Assembly: GCF_963921235.1 (NCBI RefSeq)
Contig: NC_086118.1
Location: 20,648,001-20,712,000, forward strand
DNA length: 64,000 nt
Direction: 5' to 3'
DNA from: Mobula hypostoma
Taxonomy: Eukaryota
Shown here: positions 52,003 through 64,000 of the stretch, piece by piece
Layout of the letters: each line of letters begins with the position of its first letter
How positions within the stretch are numbered: position 1 is the first letter of the stretch
Notes under the pieces: generated by a model
Database searches by the model: none
Told to the model about the DNA's origin: nothing
Seen by the model: only the letters and a program-made list of their open reading frames with translations
Position numbers and translations under genes: made by a program

Positions 52003-53785
52003 TTCATAATAAATACAAAAAGTACAGTAGAATCAGTGAAAGACTGCACCCAAGCAGGATGGACAAACAATCAAATTGCAACAGACAATGAACTGTGCAA
52101 ATACAAAAAAGAAAGAAAATACAAAAAATAATGTATCATTTCTTAATGCATGCATTACTAAATGACAATAAAAGAGGACTACCTGTCTTCATAATCATCA
52201 TAAGAGAAAAAAATGAAGTAATAATAATAAATAAATAATCAGTAAATATCAAGAACATGACATGAAAAGTCCTTGAAAGTAAGTCCAGAGGTTTTGGAAA
52301 CTGTTCACTGTTGGGGTGAGTAAAATGATCCCTCTGGTTCACGAGCTTGATGGTTGAGGAGTAATAACTCTTCCTGAACCTGATGGTGTGGATCCTGAGG
52401 CTCCTGTACCACCTTCTGATAGCAGCAGTGAGAATAGAGTATGGCCTGGATGGTGGGGGTCCTTGATGATGGATGCTGCTGTCCTGCGACAATACTCCAT
52501 GTCGATGTGCTCAAAGGTGGGGAGGACTTTACCCATGATGGATTGGGCCATATCCACTACTTTTTACAGGCTTTTCTGTACAAGAGCACTGGTGCTTCCA
52601 TACCAGGCCATGATCCAGCTATTCAACATACTCTCCATCATGCATCGATAGTAGTTTACCAAAGTTTTAGATGACATGCCAAACCTTTGCAAACTCCAAA
52701 GAAGGTAGAAGTTCTGCCATGCTTTCTTTATGATGGCACTTGCACGCTGGACCCAGGATAGATCCTCCTGAAATGATAACTTTGAAGAACTTAAATTTGC
52801 TGAAGCTCTCCATCTCTAATTCCCCAGTGAGGATCAGCTCATGAACCTCCAGTTACTGCCTCCTGAAGTCAATAATCAGCTGTTTGGCCTTGCTGGGGCA
52901 TCACTCAACCAGATTTTCAGTCTCCTTGCTATACACTGATTCATCACCACCTTTGATTCGGCCAACGACAATGATGTCAGCAAATTTTAAAATGGCATTG
53001 GAGCTGCGTTTAACCTCACAGTCATAAGTATAAAGTGAGAAGAGCAGGGGGCTAAGCACACAGCCCTGTGGTGTACTTGTGCTGATGGAAATTGTGGAGG
53101 AGATGTTATTGCCAATCCGAACTGACTGAAGTCTGCGGCTGAGGAAATGTGAGGATCTAGTTGCACAAGGAGGTATGGTAGCCTAGGTCCTGAAGTATAT
53201 TGATATGTTTTTAGGGGATGATAGTATTGAATGCGCAGCTGTAGTCAATGAAGAACATCCTAATGTATCCATTTTCAATGTCCAGATGTTTCAGGATTGA
53301 GTGAAGAGCCAATGAAATGGCATCTGCTGTTGACCTGTTGTGACAGTAGGCAAATTGGAGTGGATCCAAGATGCTTCTCAGGCAGGAGTTGAAATGTTTC
53401 ATCTCCAATCTCTCAAAGCACTTCAACACAGTGGATGTAAGTGATACTGGATGACAGTCATAGAGGCAGATAACCATGTTCTTCTTCGGTACTGGTATAA
53501 TTGAAGCCTGCTTGAAGCAGGTGGGTACATCAGACTGCCAAAGGGAGAAGTGAAAGGTATTGGCAAACACTGCTGCCAGTTTATCTGCACAAGTCTTTAG
53601 TCCTCATCTAGGTACCTATCTGGATTGGATGCTTTCTGTGGGTTCACTGTCCTGAAGGATGCTCTCACATCAGCTTCAGAGGCTGAAATCACAGTTTCAT
53701 TGGGAGATTGTTTGGTGCCTCCATGTTTTGACTGTCAAAGTGAACATAAAAGGCATTGAACTCAACTAGGTGTGAAGCCTTGTTG

Positions 53786-55066
53786 TCTACTATAAGCCTC
53801 TCACAGCTATCTGGACTATTCCTCTTCTCACCCTGTCTCTTGCAAAAATGCTATCCCCTTCTCGCAATTCTTCCGTCTCCGCCGCATCTGCTCTCAGGAT
53901 GAGGCTTTTCATTCCAGGACGAGGGAGATGTCCTCCTTTTTTAAAGAAAGGGGCTTCCCTTCCTCCACCATCAACTCTGCTCTCAAACGCATCTCCCCCA
54001 TTTCATGCACATCTGCTCTCACTCCATCCTCCCACCACCCCACTAGGAATAGGGTTCCCCTTGTCCTCACCCACCACCCCACCAGCCTCCGGGTCCAACA
54101 TATTATTCTCCATAACTTCTGCCACCTCCAACGGGATCCCACCACTAAGCACATCTTTCCCTTCCCACCCTCTCTGCTTTCTGCAGGAAACACTCCCTAC
54201 GCGATTCCCTTGTCCATTCGCCCCCCCCCCCATCCCTCCCCACTGATCTCCCTCCTAGCACTTATCCTTGTAAGCGGAACAAGTGCTACACATTCCCTTA
54301 CACTTCCTCCCTCACCACCATTCAGGGCCCCAGACAGTCCTTCCAGGTGAGGCGACACTTCACCTGTGAGTCGGCTGGGGTGATATACTGCGTCCGGTGC
54401 TCCTAATGTGGCCTTCTATATATTGGCAAGACCCGACGCAGACTGGGAGATCGTTTCGCTGAACACCTACGCTCTGTCTGCCAGAGAAAGCAGGATCTCC
54501 CAGTGGCCACACATTTTAATTCCACATCCCATTCCCATTCCGACATGTCTATCCACGGCCTCCTCTACTGTAAAGATGAAGTCACACTCAGGAGGAACAA
54601 CACCTTATATTCCATCTGGGTAGCCTCCAACCTGATGGCATGAACATTGACATCTCAAACTCCCGCTAATGCACCACCTCCACCTCGTACCCCATACGTT
54701 ATTTATTTATATACACACATTCTTTCTCTCTCTCTCTCTCCTTTTTCTCCCTCTGTCCCACTCACTATACCCCTTGCCCATCCTCTGGGTTTTCCCCCCT
54801 CCCCCTTTTCTTTCTCACTGGACCTCCTGTCCCGTGATCCTCTCATATCCCTTTTGCCAATCTACTGTCCAGCTGTTGGCTCCATTCCTCCCCCTCCTGT
54901 CTTCTCCTATCATTTTGGATCTCCCCCTCCCCCTCCCACTTTCAAATCTCTTACTATCTCTTCTTTCAGTTAGTCCTGACGAAGGGTCTCGGCCCGAAAC
55001 CTCAACTGTAACTCTTCCTAGAGATGCTGCCTGGCCTGCTGTGTTCACCAGCAACTTTGATGTGTG
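53786..55066 (+). mobile_element. 5'-truncated Penelope-like element, same family as 9709-11658
   Basis: High identity to the reverse complement of 9745-11035 (MSSFFKERGFPSSTINSALKRISP..); endonuclease has a stop; hammerhead at 54967-55008 is mutated. Confidence 0.9.
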
Positions 55067-55211
55067 TCACCTACAGTATGTTGCTTGGTTTCACTCTGTA
55101 GGATGGGATAGCATTCAAGCCCTGCCACACCTATCAAGCATCCTACAGTGTTTCAAGTTTGGTCTGGAATTAACACTTTGCACATGAGATCGCATTCCAG
55201 AGGTCATACAA

Positions 55212-58200
55212 TGAGATATCAATGAAGAATGTTTTTGTCCTTACAGACCTGATGTCTCTGTTTTCCTAACTTATGTGTCTAAGTTGAAAGTCATAAGAGA
55301 TAAGGGATCCAGCTGGTACCACCAAGGGATGGAGAAGTACCGCGGTGATAATTATGTTATAGTTTTGAAGGAATCTTAATGGGTATAAAAAGGGGCACTT
55401 CTTTGTGTAAGGAGGAGAGTTTTGTCTTAGTGTAGGGTATGACTGGTTCTAGTGCTAAGAGTTGGAGAAGTTAGCGATAAGTACATCAAGAGCATTAGAG
55501 TATGTCATGACAGAGATAGAGAGAAAGATAAAGGTGCGTGTGAAAGGTTGTCGCTCTGTGGCTCCCCTTCGACATTGCAAAGATCAGTTTATTAAGTGCA
55601 TGATAAACAATATTTTGTTTTCTGTTATGCATTTGTGCTGATTCTAATAAAGTGTTTTCTTTTGGCTTTAAATACAGTAGTGTCTCCCATTGTGCATGAA
55701 TACATATACAAATGCTCTGAGCTAAATCAGAAAAGAACACAAAACACATTTTAAAATAATTTTTATTCTGCAATTGGCATAGTTAACAGGATTCAGCATA
55801 AAAGGTGCTTATGTTTTGCAAACAACAGGACATACCTGAAGGTGAGATGGAAATTAAGGTACAGGGATAGATGGACTTCACTGATAGTTTTCTGGTAGTG
55901 ACCAACATATTGTTTGAGTGTTGCTGTCCTTTGGGAGAGCAGTAGAGGTGATGTCCTGGGCATGGTAGCCACTCTGCTAATTATGATAGGGTTTTCCAAG
56001 TGGGAGGAGAGTAAGGGGATGGTCTGTTGGGTTATGCTGTATGCTTTGAAAACTGTTTTTGACATTTATAGGGCTGTAGAGTAAATATTGGCTGTACTAC
56101 TGACAGAAGGGAATCATAGAGCAGCAAAATGTTATCTTAGCTGAATCATCTAGGTCAGTCCATGTATGGCTGACAAAGCTGAAACCCAGCAAAGCGTCGT
56201 AGCATGTAAGCTAATTAGAGCATAGCAGGAACATTGGGCAAAGCTGAGGGATCTGCATCCGGATCCCATCAAAATGAGTGCATCACTGGTGACGGGTTGG
56301 GACTCCAATAGTTGGGATGGCAATGAATGATATGAGGGAGACACTCGGTATGGTGATGATACTGAGGATCTTCCACTGAGACCTGAGCAGGGCAAGACGT
56401 GAGGACCTGGCAGTTCAGGCCTGCCCGGTAACAGTACATAATCATAGGACTACAATGACTCTGGGGGTGGTCAGACGATGCAAGAGGAAAGAGTAACTAG
56501 GGCATGGAAGACTGAGATAAAGGGTGCTATGCAAGATAATTATGTGCAGAGAAGCAGACAATGTTTCTCTTCCTGGTTAAGCATTTGACCATGGTAGAGG
56601 CTAATAACTTGTTTCCTCTCTGCATATGAAGTGTTATTAATAATTACGTGTGGAATGACAATAATGGCCCTACAGATTTGTTTTCATGAGCCCAAAGCAT
56701 GGTGTTAAGGATTTATCCCTTGGATACTGGAGCCAACAAGGTGCCCTTTGGCACATCATAAATGAGGGACTTGCGATGCTTGAGCAATAGTTACACATAT
56801 GGACATTTACTGCAGAAAGAGGTGCGGTGGACACTCTTATTTCTATAACGGTTTTGCTTTCTGCAAATGCCTTGGTTAAATATTTAATTGCTTTCATACA
56901 TGTTGGCTTATGTCAGATTAAGTGTGGCTAGATAAATATACAAGCATAGGAAAGGTGCAGACAAACTGCATTCATTGACAATTGTAAAAAGTAAGGTTGC
57001 AAGGCTGCTACCTGCATGCAAAATATCAGGTACTTGCCTACTCTCTAGCTTGCAACATTGTAGGCAGTCAAAGGGAGCTAACTGTATAAGTTTCTGAATC
57101 TTGGTAAGTTCCTTTCAATGCTTCAGATTATAATACACTACAGGTGCCAAGGACGCTAGATTGCAAAAGCTTAGACTGTCGAAAAGTGGACAGAGAGAGA
57201 AAAAATACCTCTTCAAAAATAAACATTACACCTTTAAACAGGGGAGAATTGAGAGGGCAAACGATGCCTTGGGAAAATGGCTGATCAAGTGTCAGTTTTA
57301 TTCGCCATATACATTTATATCTATTAGAAACTTGCTGTGGTGTGTTGGTTAGGGTGTGAAGAGAATGGGAGGGGTATGGACAACTATGGTCCAGGTGCAA
57401 GTTGACGGGACTAGGCAGGATAATAGTTCAACATAGAAGAGATGGGCTGAAGGGCATGTTTCTGTGCTTTATGACTATGATTCCATGGCTCAAACTCAGG
57501 CTGGGTATAGACTAAGTGTCTACTGCATTGATGTAGATGTTTGGAACATTGTCATTTTTTGCACTAATGTTATTGTAGTATTAAGTGGAAGAAGTGATAA
57601 TGAATAGAAAGAGTGAGTTGAAGACAGCTATTTTTATTCAATGAGTTTGTTAAGGTATTGTAACACTCCAGCGCTGTTGGAAATTTTTGAAGGACATAAA
57701 TTTGCTGTCAAAAGATGGGAGCAGTGATCAGGTTGAACTGAGGTAACCAACATGCTTTGGCACTGAAATTCTGGGATGTTCTTACACTGCACCGAGCAAG
57801 CAGTTTTTCTGTAGGCTTCAAGATGAATGCATTCAGGGGAATCTTTTTAATACGTCTGCCCATATGAGGTATTTATGATTGCTATTGTAATAGAAATTGC
57901 ATTGAAGAAGATAAAGGGGTCATTTCAGTTCAAAAACTTAATTTGCAGGTGCATGCTGTGTGGAAGCCAAATGCTATAGCAAGGCAATATCTTTGTGAGA
58001 TGTTGTCATGTGGATGTGAAAAACGGTAATACTAATTACCAGGACAACAATTCAGCTTATCTACATCCTTCTCAGCTTTATGTTTTAATTGTAAATAGTT
58101 CACATTGCATGAGTTTGCAAAGGCAGTCAAAATGAATTGACTACATGTGTCAGTAGTCTGTCAGTATCCAAATAGCAAGGAATTCACTTTCAGAAGCAAT

Positions 58201-59420
58201 TGTAGGAGTAAGTAAAATTTTATTATCAAAATATGTATTTGTTATCATATGTTATCCTGAGATTCATTTTCTTGGAGGCATTTACAGTAAAATAAAAAGA
58301 AACACAACAGAATTTACAAAAAGTTATACATAAAAAAAACAATGTAAAAAGACAAATAGTGCAGTAAAAGAATACTGTGAACATGAGTTGTGAAGAGTCC
58401 TTGAAAGTGAGTCTGTAGAATCAGTTCAGAGTAGTGGTGAGTGAAGTTATCCACTCCTGTTTAGGAGCCTGATGTTTGTAGGGTAATGACTGTTCCTGAA
58501 CCTGGTGGTGTGAGTCCTCAGGCTCCTATGCCTCCGGCCTGATGGTAGTTGCGAGAAGAGAGCATGGCCTCGATAGTGGGGGTCTTTGATGATGGATGCT
58601 GCTTTCTTGTGGCAACACTCCATGTGAATATGCTCAATGGTGGGGAGGGTTTTGCTTGTGATGGACTGGGCTGCAACCACTTCTTTCTGTAGATATTTCC
58701 ATGACTGGGCATTGGTGTTTCCATACCAGGTTATGATGCTGTATAGGTAAGTGTATAGTGTATGGGTAGAGTGAGTGGGTATGAAAATGCATACAGTAAA
58801 GAAATGGTTAACAAGTAGGAATTTATGTTGTTGGGCAGATTGACCCTTGATACTAAATAATGGGAGAGCAACATATGTCCCGGTATACCGGATGACAATA
58901 CGCGAAAGCAATCATAAACGCAATCAATTACCTTGTCTCTAAAAATGTTTTTTATATCGTTTGATTGGAAGCTTAGTAGGATGCATTGTCCCTGGGGAGG
59001 CAGAGGCCGACTGTTGAAGGCCACCTGATTGTGGGACCTGCAGGTGTGAAGGATGTATGTTGGCTTAATACATGACAAGGACTTGGAATTGGCCCAAGTT
59101 GGGGGTTGTGTAGGTGCCGGATAAGATGCCTGGCCCCTTCCAGCTGGACTGGGAGGTGGCGATAGTGCTGTAAAGGTGGGCAAGTTCTTTCCTGGGCAGA
59201 CCACTCACCTGGGTCCCACCTTTGGGCCGAGCAGCTGAACCGGCGCCAAGGACCTCCACCCTGGCCAATCCACGGTCGATCGCCTGATTCAGGGACCACG
59301 CAGACGTTGCTAAGTATACTCAGCGGTGTAGACTACTGGGGTTGTTTAAGTTAGCCCCACCTATTAGTGGTGTAGGTAGTGTACATTATAAAGCATTTCT
59401 CGCAACTCTCTATTTTCTTC
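55212..59420 (+). mobile_element. Decayed LTR retroelement/ERV-like sequence with tRNA-Ser primer-binding site, interrupted by CR1 (about 57240-57480) and Rex (58205-58745) fragments
   Basis: LTR-like block with TATAAAA (55384) and AATAAA (about 55646) ending in CA at 55772; PBS tggcatagttaacaggattc at 55775-55794; LDTGA at 56720-56734; KTA..YCNTPA at 57621-57673. Boundaries uncertain. Confidence 0.45.
58205..58745 (-). mobile_element. Rex1/Babar LINE 3' end
   Basis: ITWYGN..KKAASIIKDPHYRGHALFSQLPSGRRHRSLRTHTTRFRNS in ORF 58447-58911. Confidence 0.85.
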
Positions 59421-59622
59421 TCTGTATTAACAATAAAGTGAGTCTCAGAGGAATTAGAGAGTCTGGGTCAATTTGTTCAAGTGAAACCAAATAGTTGCAG
59501 CATCCACTTGTTACGGTTATTCTATTTAGATATTAGATTTGTGGAACAGATGCAACCAGTTAGGCAATTTGACTTAGTGATTCAAACAGTATATTCATTC
59601 TTCAAAAGCAGATGAGTATATA

Positions 59623-61185
59623 CCGTGACATTTTCAAGAGTTTGGACACCCCTGGTCAAAATTTCTGTTACTGTGAGTTGCTAAGCGAGTAGAAGATGAC
59701 CTGTTTTTCAAAAGGCATAGAGTTAAAGATGACACATTTCTTTAATATTTTAAGCAAGATTACTTTTTTATTTCCATCTTTTACAGTTTCAAAATAACAA
59801 AAAAGGAAAAGGGCCTGAAGCAAAAGTTTGGGCACCCTGCATGGTCAGTACTTAGTAATACTCCCTTTGCCAAGTATCACAGCTTGTAAACACTTTCTAT
59901 AGCCAGCTAAGAGTCTTTCAATTCTTGTTTGGGGGATTTTTGCCCATTCTTCCTTGCAAAAGGCTTCTAGTTCTGTGAGATTCTTGGGCTGCCTTGTATG
60001 CACTGCTCTTTTGAGGTCTATCCACAGATTTTCAATGAAGTTTAGGTCAGGGGACTATGAGGGCCATGGCAAAACCTTCAGCTTGCTCCTCTTAAGGTAG
60101 TACATTGTGAATTTTGAGGTGTGTTTAGGATCATTATCCTGTTGTAGAAGCCATCCTCTTTTCATCTCCAGCTTTTTTACAGACGGTATGATGTTTGCTT
60201 CCAGATTTTGCTGGTACTTAATTGAATTCATTCTTCCCTCTACCAGTGAAATGTTCCCCATGCCACTGGCTGCAACACAAGCCCAAAGCATGATCGATCC
60301 ACCCCCATGCTTAACATTTGGAGAGGGGTTCTTTTCATGAAATTCTGCACCCTTTTTTCTCCAAACATACCTTTGCTCATTGCGGCCAAGTTCTACTTTA
60401 ACTTCATCAGTCCACAGGACTTGTTTCCAAAATGCATCAGGCTTGTTTCGATGTTCCTTTGCAAACTTCTGATGCTGAATTTTATGGTGGGGATGCAGGA
60501 AAGGTTATCTTCCATGAAGGTCATATTTGTCCAGGTGTCGCTGCACAGTCGAACAGTGCACCACCACTCCAGAGTCTGCCTTTTTAGCAATCCTACCAGC
60601 AGTTCTCTTAGAAAGTTTTCTTGGTCTTCCAGACCTCAACTTGACCTCCACTGTTCCTGTTAACTGCCATTTCTTAATTACATTACGAACTGAGGAAACT
60701 GCTACCTGAAAACGCTTTGCTATCTTCTTATTGCCTTCTCCTGCTTTGTGAGCATCATTTATTTTAATTTTCAGAGTGCTAGGCAGCTGCTTAGAGGAGC
60801 TCATGGTTGCTAATTGTTGGGACAAGGTTTGAGGAGGCAGGGTATTTATAAAGCTTTGAAATTGGCATCACCTGGCCTTTCCTAACGATGACTGTGAACA
60901 AGCCATAGCACTAACAAGCTTATTAAGGTCTGAGACCTTGGTAGAAGTTATCTCACAGCTCAAATCTCTTGAGGTGCCCAAACTTTTGCATGGTGCTGCT
61001 TTCCTTTTTTTCCACTCTAAAATTGTACAAAACAAAAATAATACACTAATCTTGCTTAAAATGTTGAAAAGAATATTTCACCTTTAACTTTATGACTTTT
61101 GGAGATCAGTTCATTTTCTACTCAATTAACTATCCACAGTAACAGAAATTTTGACCAGCGGTGCCCGAACTTTTGCATGCCACTG
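59623..61185 (-). mobile_element. Tc1-family DNA transposon (IR/DR type), full length but inactivated
   Basis: About 210-bp imperfect TIRs each with repeated caaaagtttgggcacc motifs; TA at 59621-59622; transposase pieces MSSSKQL..GEGNKKIAKRF..SGRPRK, MLWACVAASG..QQDNDPKHTSK..WPS, broken by frameshifts and a stop. Confidence 0.92.
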
Positions 61186-61534
61186 TGTATATATGGCCTC
61201 CCAGGGAAATCTAATAGTGTTAATAAATGTTTTACCGTGGCATGTTGTAATATTACGCCAGGAACATACCAGACTTTTGCACGGCATGAACACCTCTCTT
61301 CATGTCACTGAGGAATGATTAATTTTTCAAATAAATTGAAAAACAGTAAAAATCAAGTCGTAACAGCGAGCCAATTTTAATCCATTGTGCCATGGAGGGA
61401 CTTAGAGAATTTCCTGTGATGCCTCCAATTATGATGTTTGATCGGTCATTATTCATCGTTCATAGATCAATGTTACAAGTGACCTTTGGTATGTTTCTTC
61501 CACTTTTGAAGAGTTCTCCACAGATCTGGTGGGG

Positions 61535-63470
61535 GGGTGGGTGGGGTGGGGTTTAAACTAGAGATGCGGGGGATGGGAACCAGAGTTGCAGAAAAGATAG
61601 TGTAAGACCTCAAACAGAGTCAGGAATCAAAAGACTGAGCACGCTGAGACTAATGTTCTGAGCTGTGTATATTTCAATGCAAGTAGTATTGCAGGAAAGG
61701 CAGATGAGCTCAGGGCATGGATCAACACATGGAATTATAATACTGTAGACATTAGTGAGTCTTGGCTTAAGTGATAGGAAAGGTATCACCATGTTAATGA
61801 GGCTATATCATGGACCACCCAACAGTCTGCGGGACTTAGAGAAACAAATTTGCAGAGAGATTGCAGAATGTTGATAGAAACATAAGATTGTGATAGTAGG
61901 TGACTTTAACTTTCTACATATTGGTTGTGACTTCCATATTGCAAAAAGGACTAGATGGGACAGAGCTTGTCAAATGTGTTCAGTAAAGTTTCCTTAATCA
62001 GTATATAGGCATCCCAATGAGAGAGTGTGCAATATTTGATCTCCTATTTGGGAATGAGACAAGGCAGGTGACAGAATCAGAGTCAGCTTTATCATCACCG
62101 GCATGTGTTGTGAAATTTGTTAACTTAGCAGCAGCTGTTCAATGCAATACATAATATAGAAGAAGAAAAAAAATAAGTAAGTAAATCAATTACCATATAT
62201 GTATATTGAATAGATTAAAACTCGTGCATAAACAGAAATAATATATATTTAAAAAGTGAGGTAGTGTTTAAGGGTGCAATGTCCATTTAGGAATCAGGTG
62301 GCAGAGGGGAAGAAGCTGTTCCTGAATCACTGAGTGTCTGCCTTCAGGCTTCTGTACCTCCTACCTGATGGTAACAGTGAGAAAAGGGCATGCCCTGCGT
62401 GCTGGAGGTCCTTAATAATGGACGCTGCCTTTCTCAGACACCACTCCTTGAAGGTGTCCTGTTTACTTTGTAGGCTAGTACCGAAGATGGAGCTGACTAA
62501 AATTACAGAAGTTTGTGTAGGGGTACGCTTTGCACCTATTAATCATCATGCCATTAGTTTCAATGTAATTATTGAAAAGGATCGGTCTGGTCCTCGGGTT
62601 GAGATTCTAAGTTGGAGAAGTGCCAGCAGCATTGAGGTCATGGACCCCATACCGATTATAGAGGAGGATGTGTTTGCTGTCTTGAGGCAAATTAAGGTGG
62701 ATAAACCCCAAGGATAGACAAGGTGTTTCCTCAGACCCTGTGGGAGGCTAGTGCAGAAATTGCGGGGACCCTAGCATGATACTTAAGTCATCCTTAGCGA
62801 CAGGTTAGATACCAGAGTATTTGAGGATAGCTAATGTTGTTCTGCTATTTAAGAAAGACTCTAAGTATGTCTAACCAATCTTATAAAGTTTTTTGAGGAA
62901 GTTACCAGGAAAGTTAATGAATACAAAGCAGTGGATATTGTTTACATGGACTTCAGCGAGGCGTTTGACAAGGTCCTGCATGGGAGGTTGGTCAAGAAGG
63001 TTCAGTCGCTTGGCAGTTAAGACGAAGCAGTAAATTGGATTAGACATTGGCTTTGCAGGAGATGCCAGGGAGTGGTAGTAGATGATTGCCTCTCTGACTG
63101 GAGGCTTGTGACTACTGGAATGCCACAAGGATATGTGCCAGGTCTGTTGTTGCTTGTCATCTATATCAATGATCTGAATGATAATATGGTTAAGTGGATC
63201 AGCAGGTTAGCAGATGACACCAAGGACAGTGAGGAAGACTATCAAAGCTTGCAGTGGGATCCGGACCAGCTGCAAAAATGGGCTGAAATATAGCAGATGG
63301 AATTTAATGCAGACAAGCGTGAAGCGTTGCACGTTGGGAGGATTAAACAGGTTAGGTGTTACATAGTGAGTGATAGGGCATTGAGGTGTGTGGTAGAACA
63401 AAAGGTGCTGGGAATACAGATCCATAATTCATTGAAAGTGATGGCACGGGTAGATAGGGTTGCTTTTGGC
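61535..63470 (+). mobile_element. Decayed CR1 with deletions, containing a minus-strand Rex1 3' end (about 62073-62505)
   Basis: CVYFNASS, VGDFNF, VYMDFSEAFDKV, GMPQGYVPG..YINDL..ADDTK motifs. Confidence 0.75.
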
Positions 63471-63656
63471 TGGTTACTTTCAGAGTATAATACCATTCAA
63501 ATCCTTTGTTAACCTTGCAAATAGGTATTGTCATGTTTTTAACTCCAGAAAGTAATTGAAAGAAAAACTGTCCACTTAATTTTTCTTCGAAAGGGACTCA
63601 CGGTGCTCACATATAATGCAGTGGTGTAATGACATACGCCATTCAGGTACTTCTTA

Positions 63657-64000
63657 CAGTACTGAGCAGCAAAAATCTTAGGCACGTGTAAAAAAATTAT
63701 TTGAAGCAAAGATGCTTTCAAAAATAATTAAGTAAAGAAGTTTCTAAGTATCAAAAAATTAACTATAAAGAGCAGTGAACAGCAAAAAGCTAAATCAAAT
63801 CAATATTTGGTGTGACCACCTTTGCCTTTAAAACTGTATCAGTTCTCTTTGATACACTGTCATGCAGTTTTGTATAAAAACTGGTTGGTAGGTTGTTCCA
63901 AGCATCTTGGAGAATTTGCCAGTTTTTCTGCAGACTTTGGTTGTCACACTTGCTTCTGTCTGTCCAGGTAATCCCAGACAGCCTTGATGATGATGAGATC
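63657..64000 (-). mobile_element. Tc1-like transposon end (runs off window)
   Basis: ta|cagtactg..caaaaatcttaggcac terminal motif; - strand codes IIKAVWDYL, resembling the Tc1 transposase C-terminal region. Confidence 0.6.

Larger units (their letters stand above)
50740..55210 (-). mobile_element. Rex1/Babar-type LINE interrupted by a Helitron and a PLE
   Basis: PTCFKQASIIPVPKK..SLTSTVLKCFERL..DPLQFAY..FIDYSCAFNTIIP (53211-53570); AASIIKDPHHPGH (52339-52557). Confidence 0.85.

Noticed and set aside
54967..55008. Hammerhead in the plus-strand PLE copy as functional
   Set aside because: Stem III is ACCUC instead of ACGUC and stem I has gact changed to aact, so it is probably inactive.
5243..55066. 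Recurring ~150-bp sequence with dyad symmetry as a CRISPR-like array or independent ncRNA gene family
   Set aside because: Copies are dispersed, have no spacers, and are contiguous with the 3' end of RT+GIY-YIG Penelope elements; the window is eukaryotic.
42184..64000. Tandem FN3K paralogue or TBCD exons expected from recalled human synteny
   Set aside because: No recognisable exon; the region is mostly transposon-derived.

Overview
This is vertebrate genomic DNA, not prokaryotic. It is probably from a cartilaginous fish (shark or ray), inferred from the repeat content: an HE1/V-SINE-like element, CR1, Rex1/Babar and Neptune-type Penelope elements. Two host genes lie head-to-head about 750 bp apart: coding exon 1 of RAB40B (- strand, 13566-13707; its other exons were not found and probably lie left of the window) and a complete six-exon, 309-codon FN3K-family gene most like FN3KRP (+ strand, 14454-42183). 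The shared promoter has CCAAT and GC boxes and a near-consensus ZNF143/SBS element. Most of the rest is transposon-derived: many CR1 and Rex1 LINE fragments, Penelope-like elements (PLEs) with minimal hammerhead ribozymes, a full-length decayed Mag-like Gypsy element with a nested solo LTR, a non-autonomous Helitron with STPR-like repeats, a decayed LTR/ERV-like element with a tRNA-Ser primer-binding site, and two Tc1 elements. The most unusual structures are short fold-back insertions flanked by target-site duplications (TSDs) and built from the hammerhead-bearing PLE 3' end, plus intact sense-oriented hammerheads in the introns of both genes. All family assignments are by eye and from recalled motifs; no database search was run, and repeat boundaries without TSDs are approximate.
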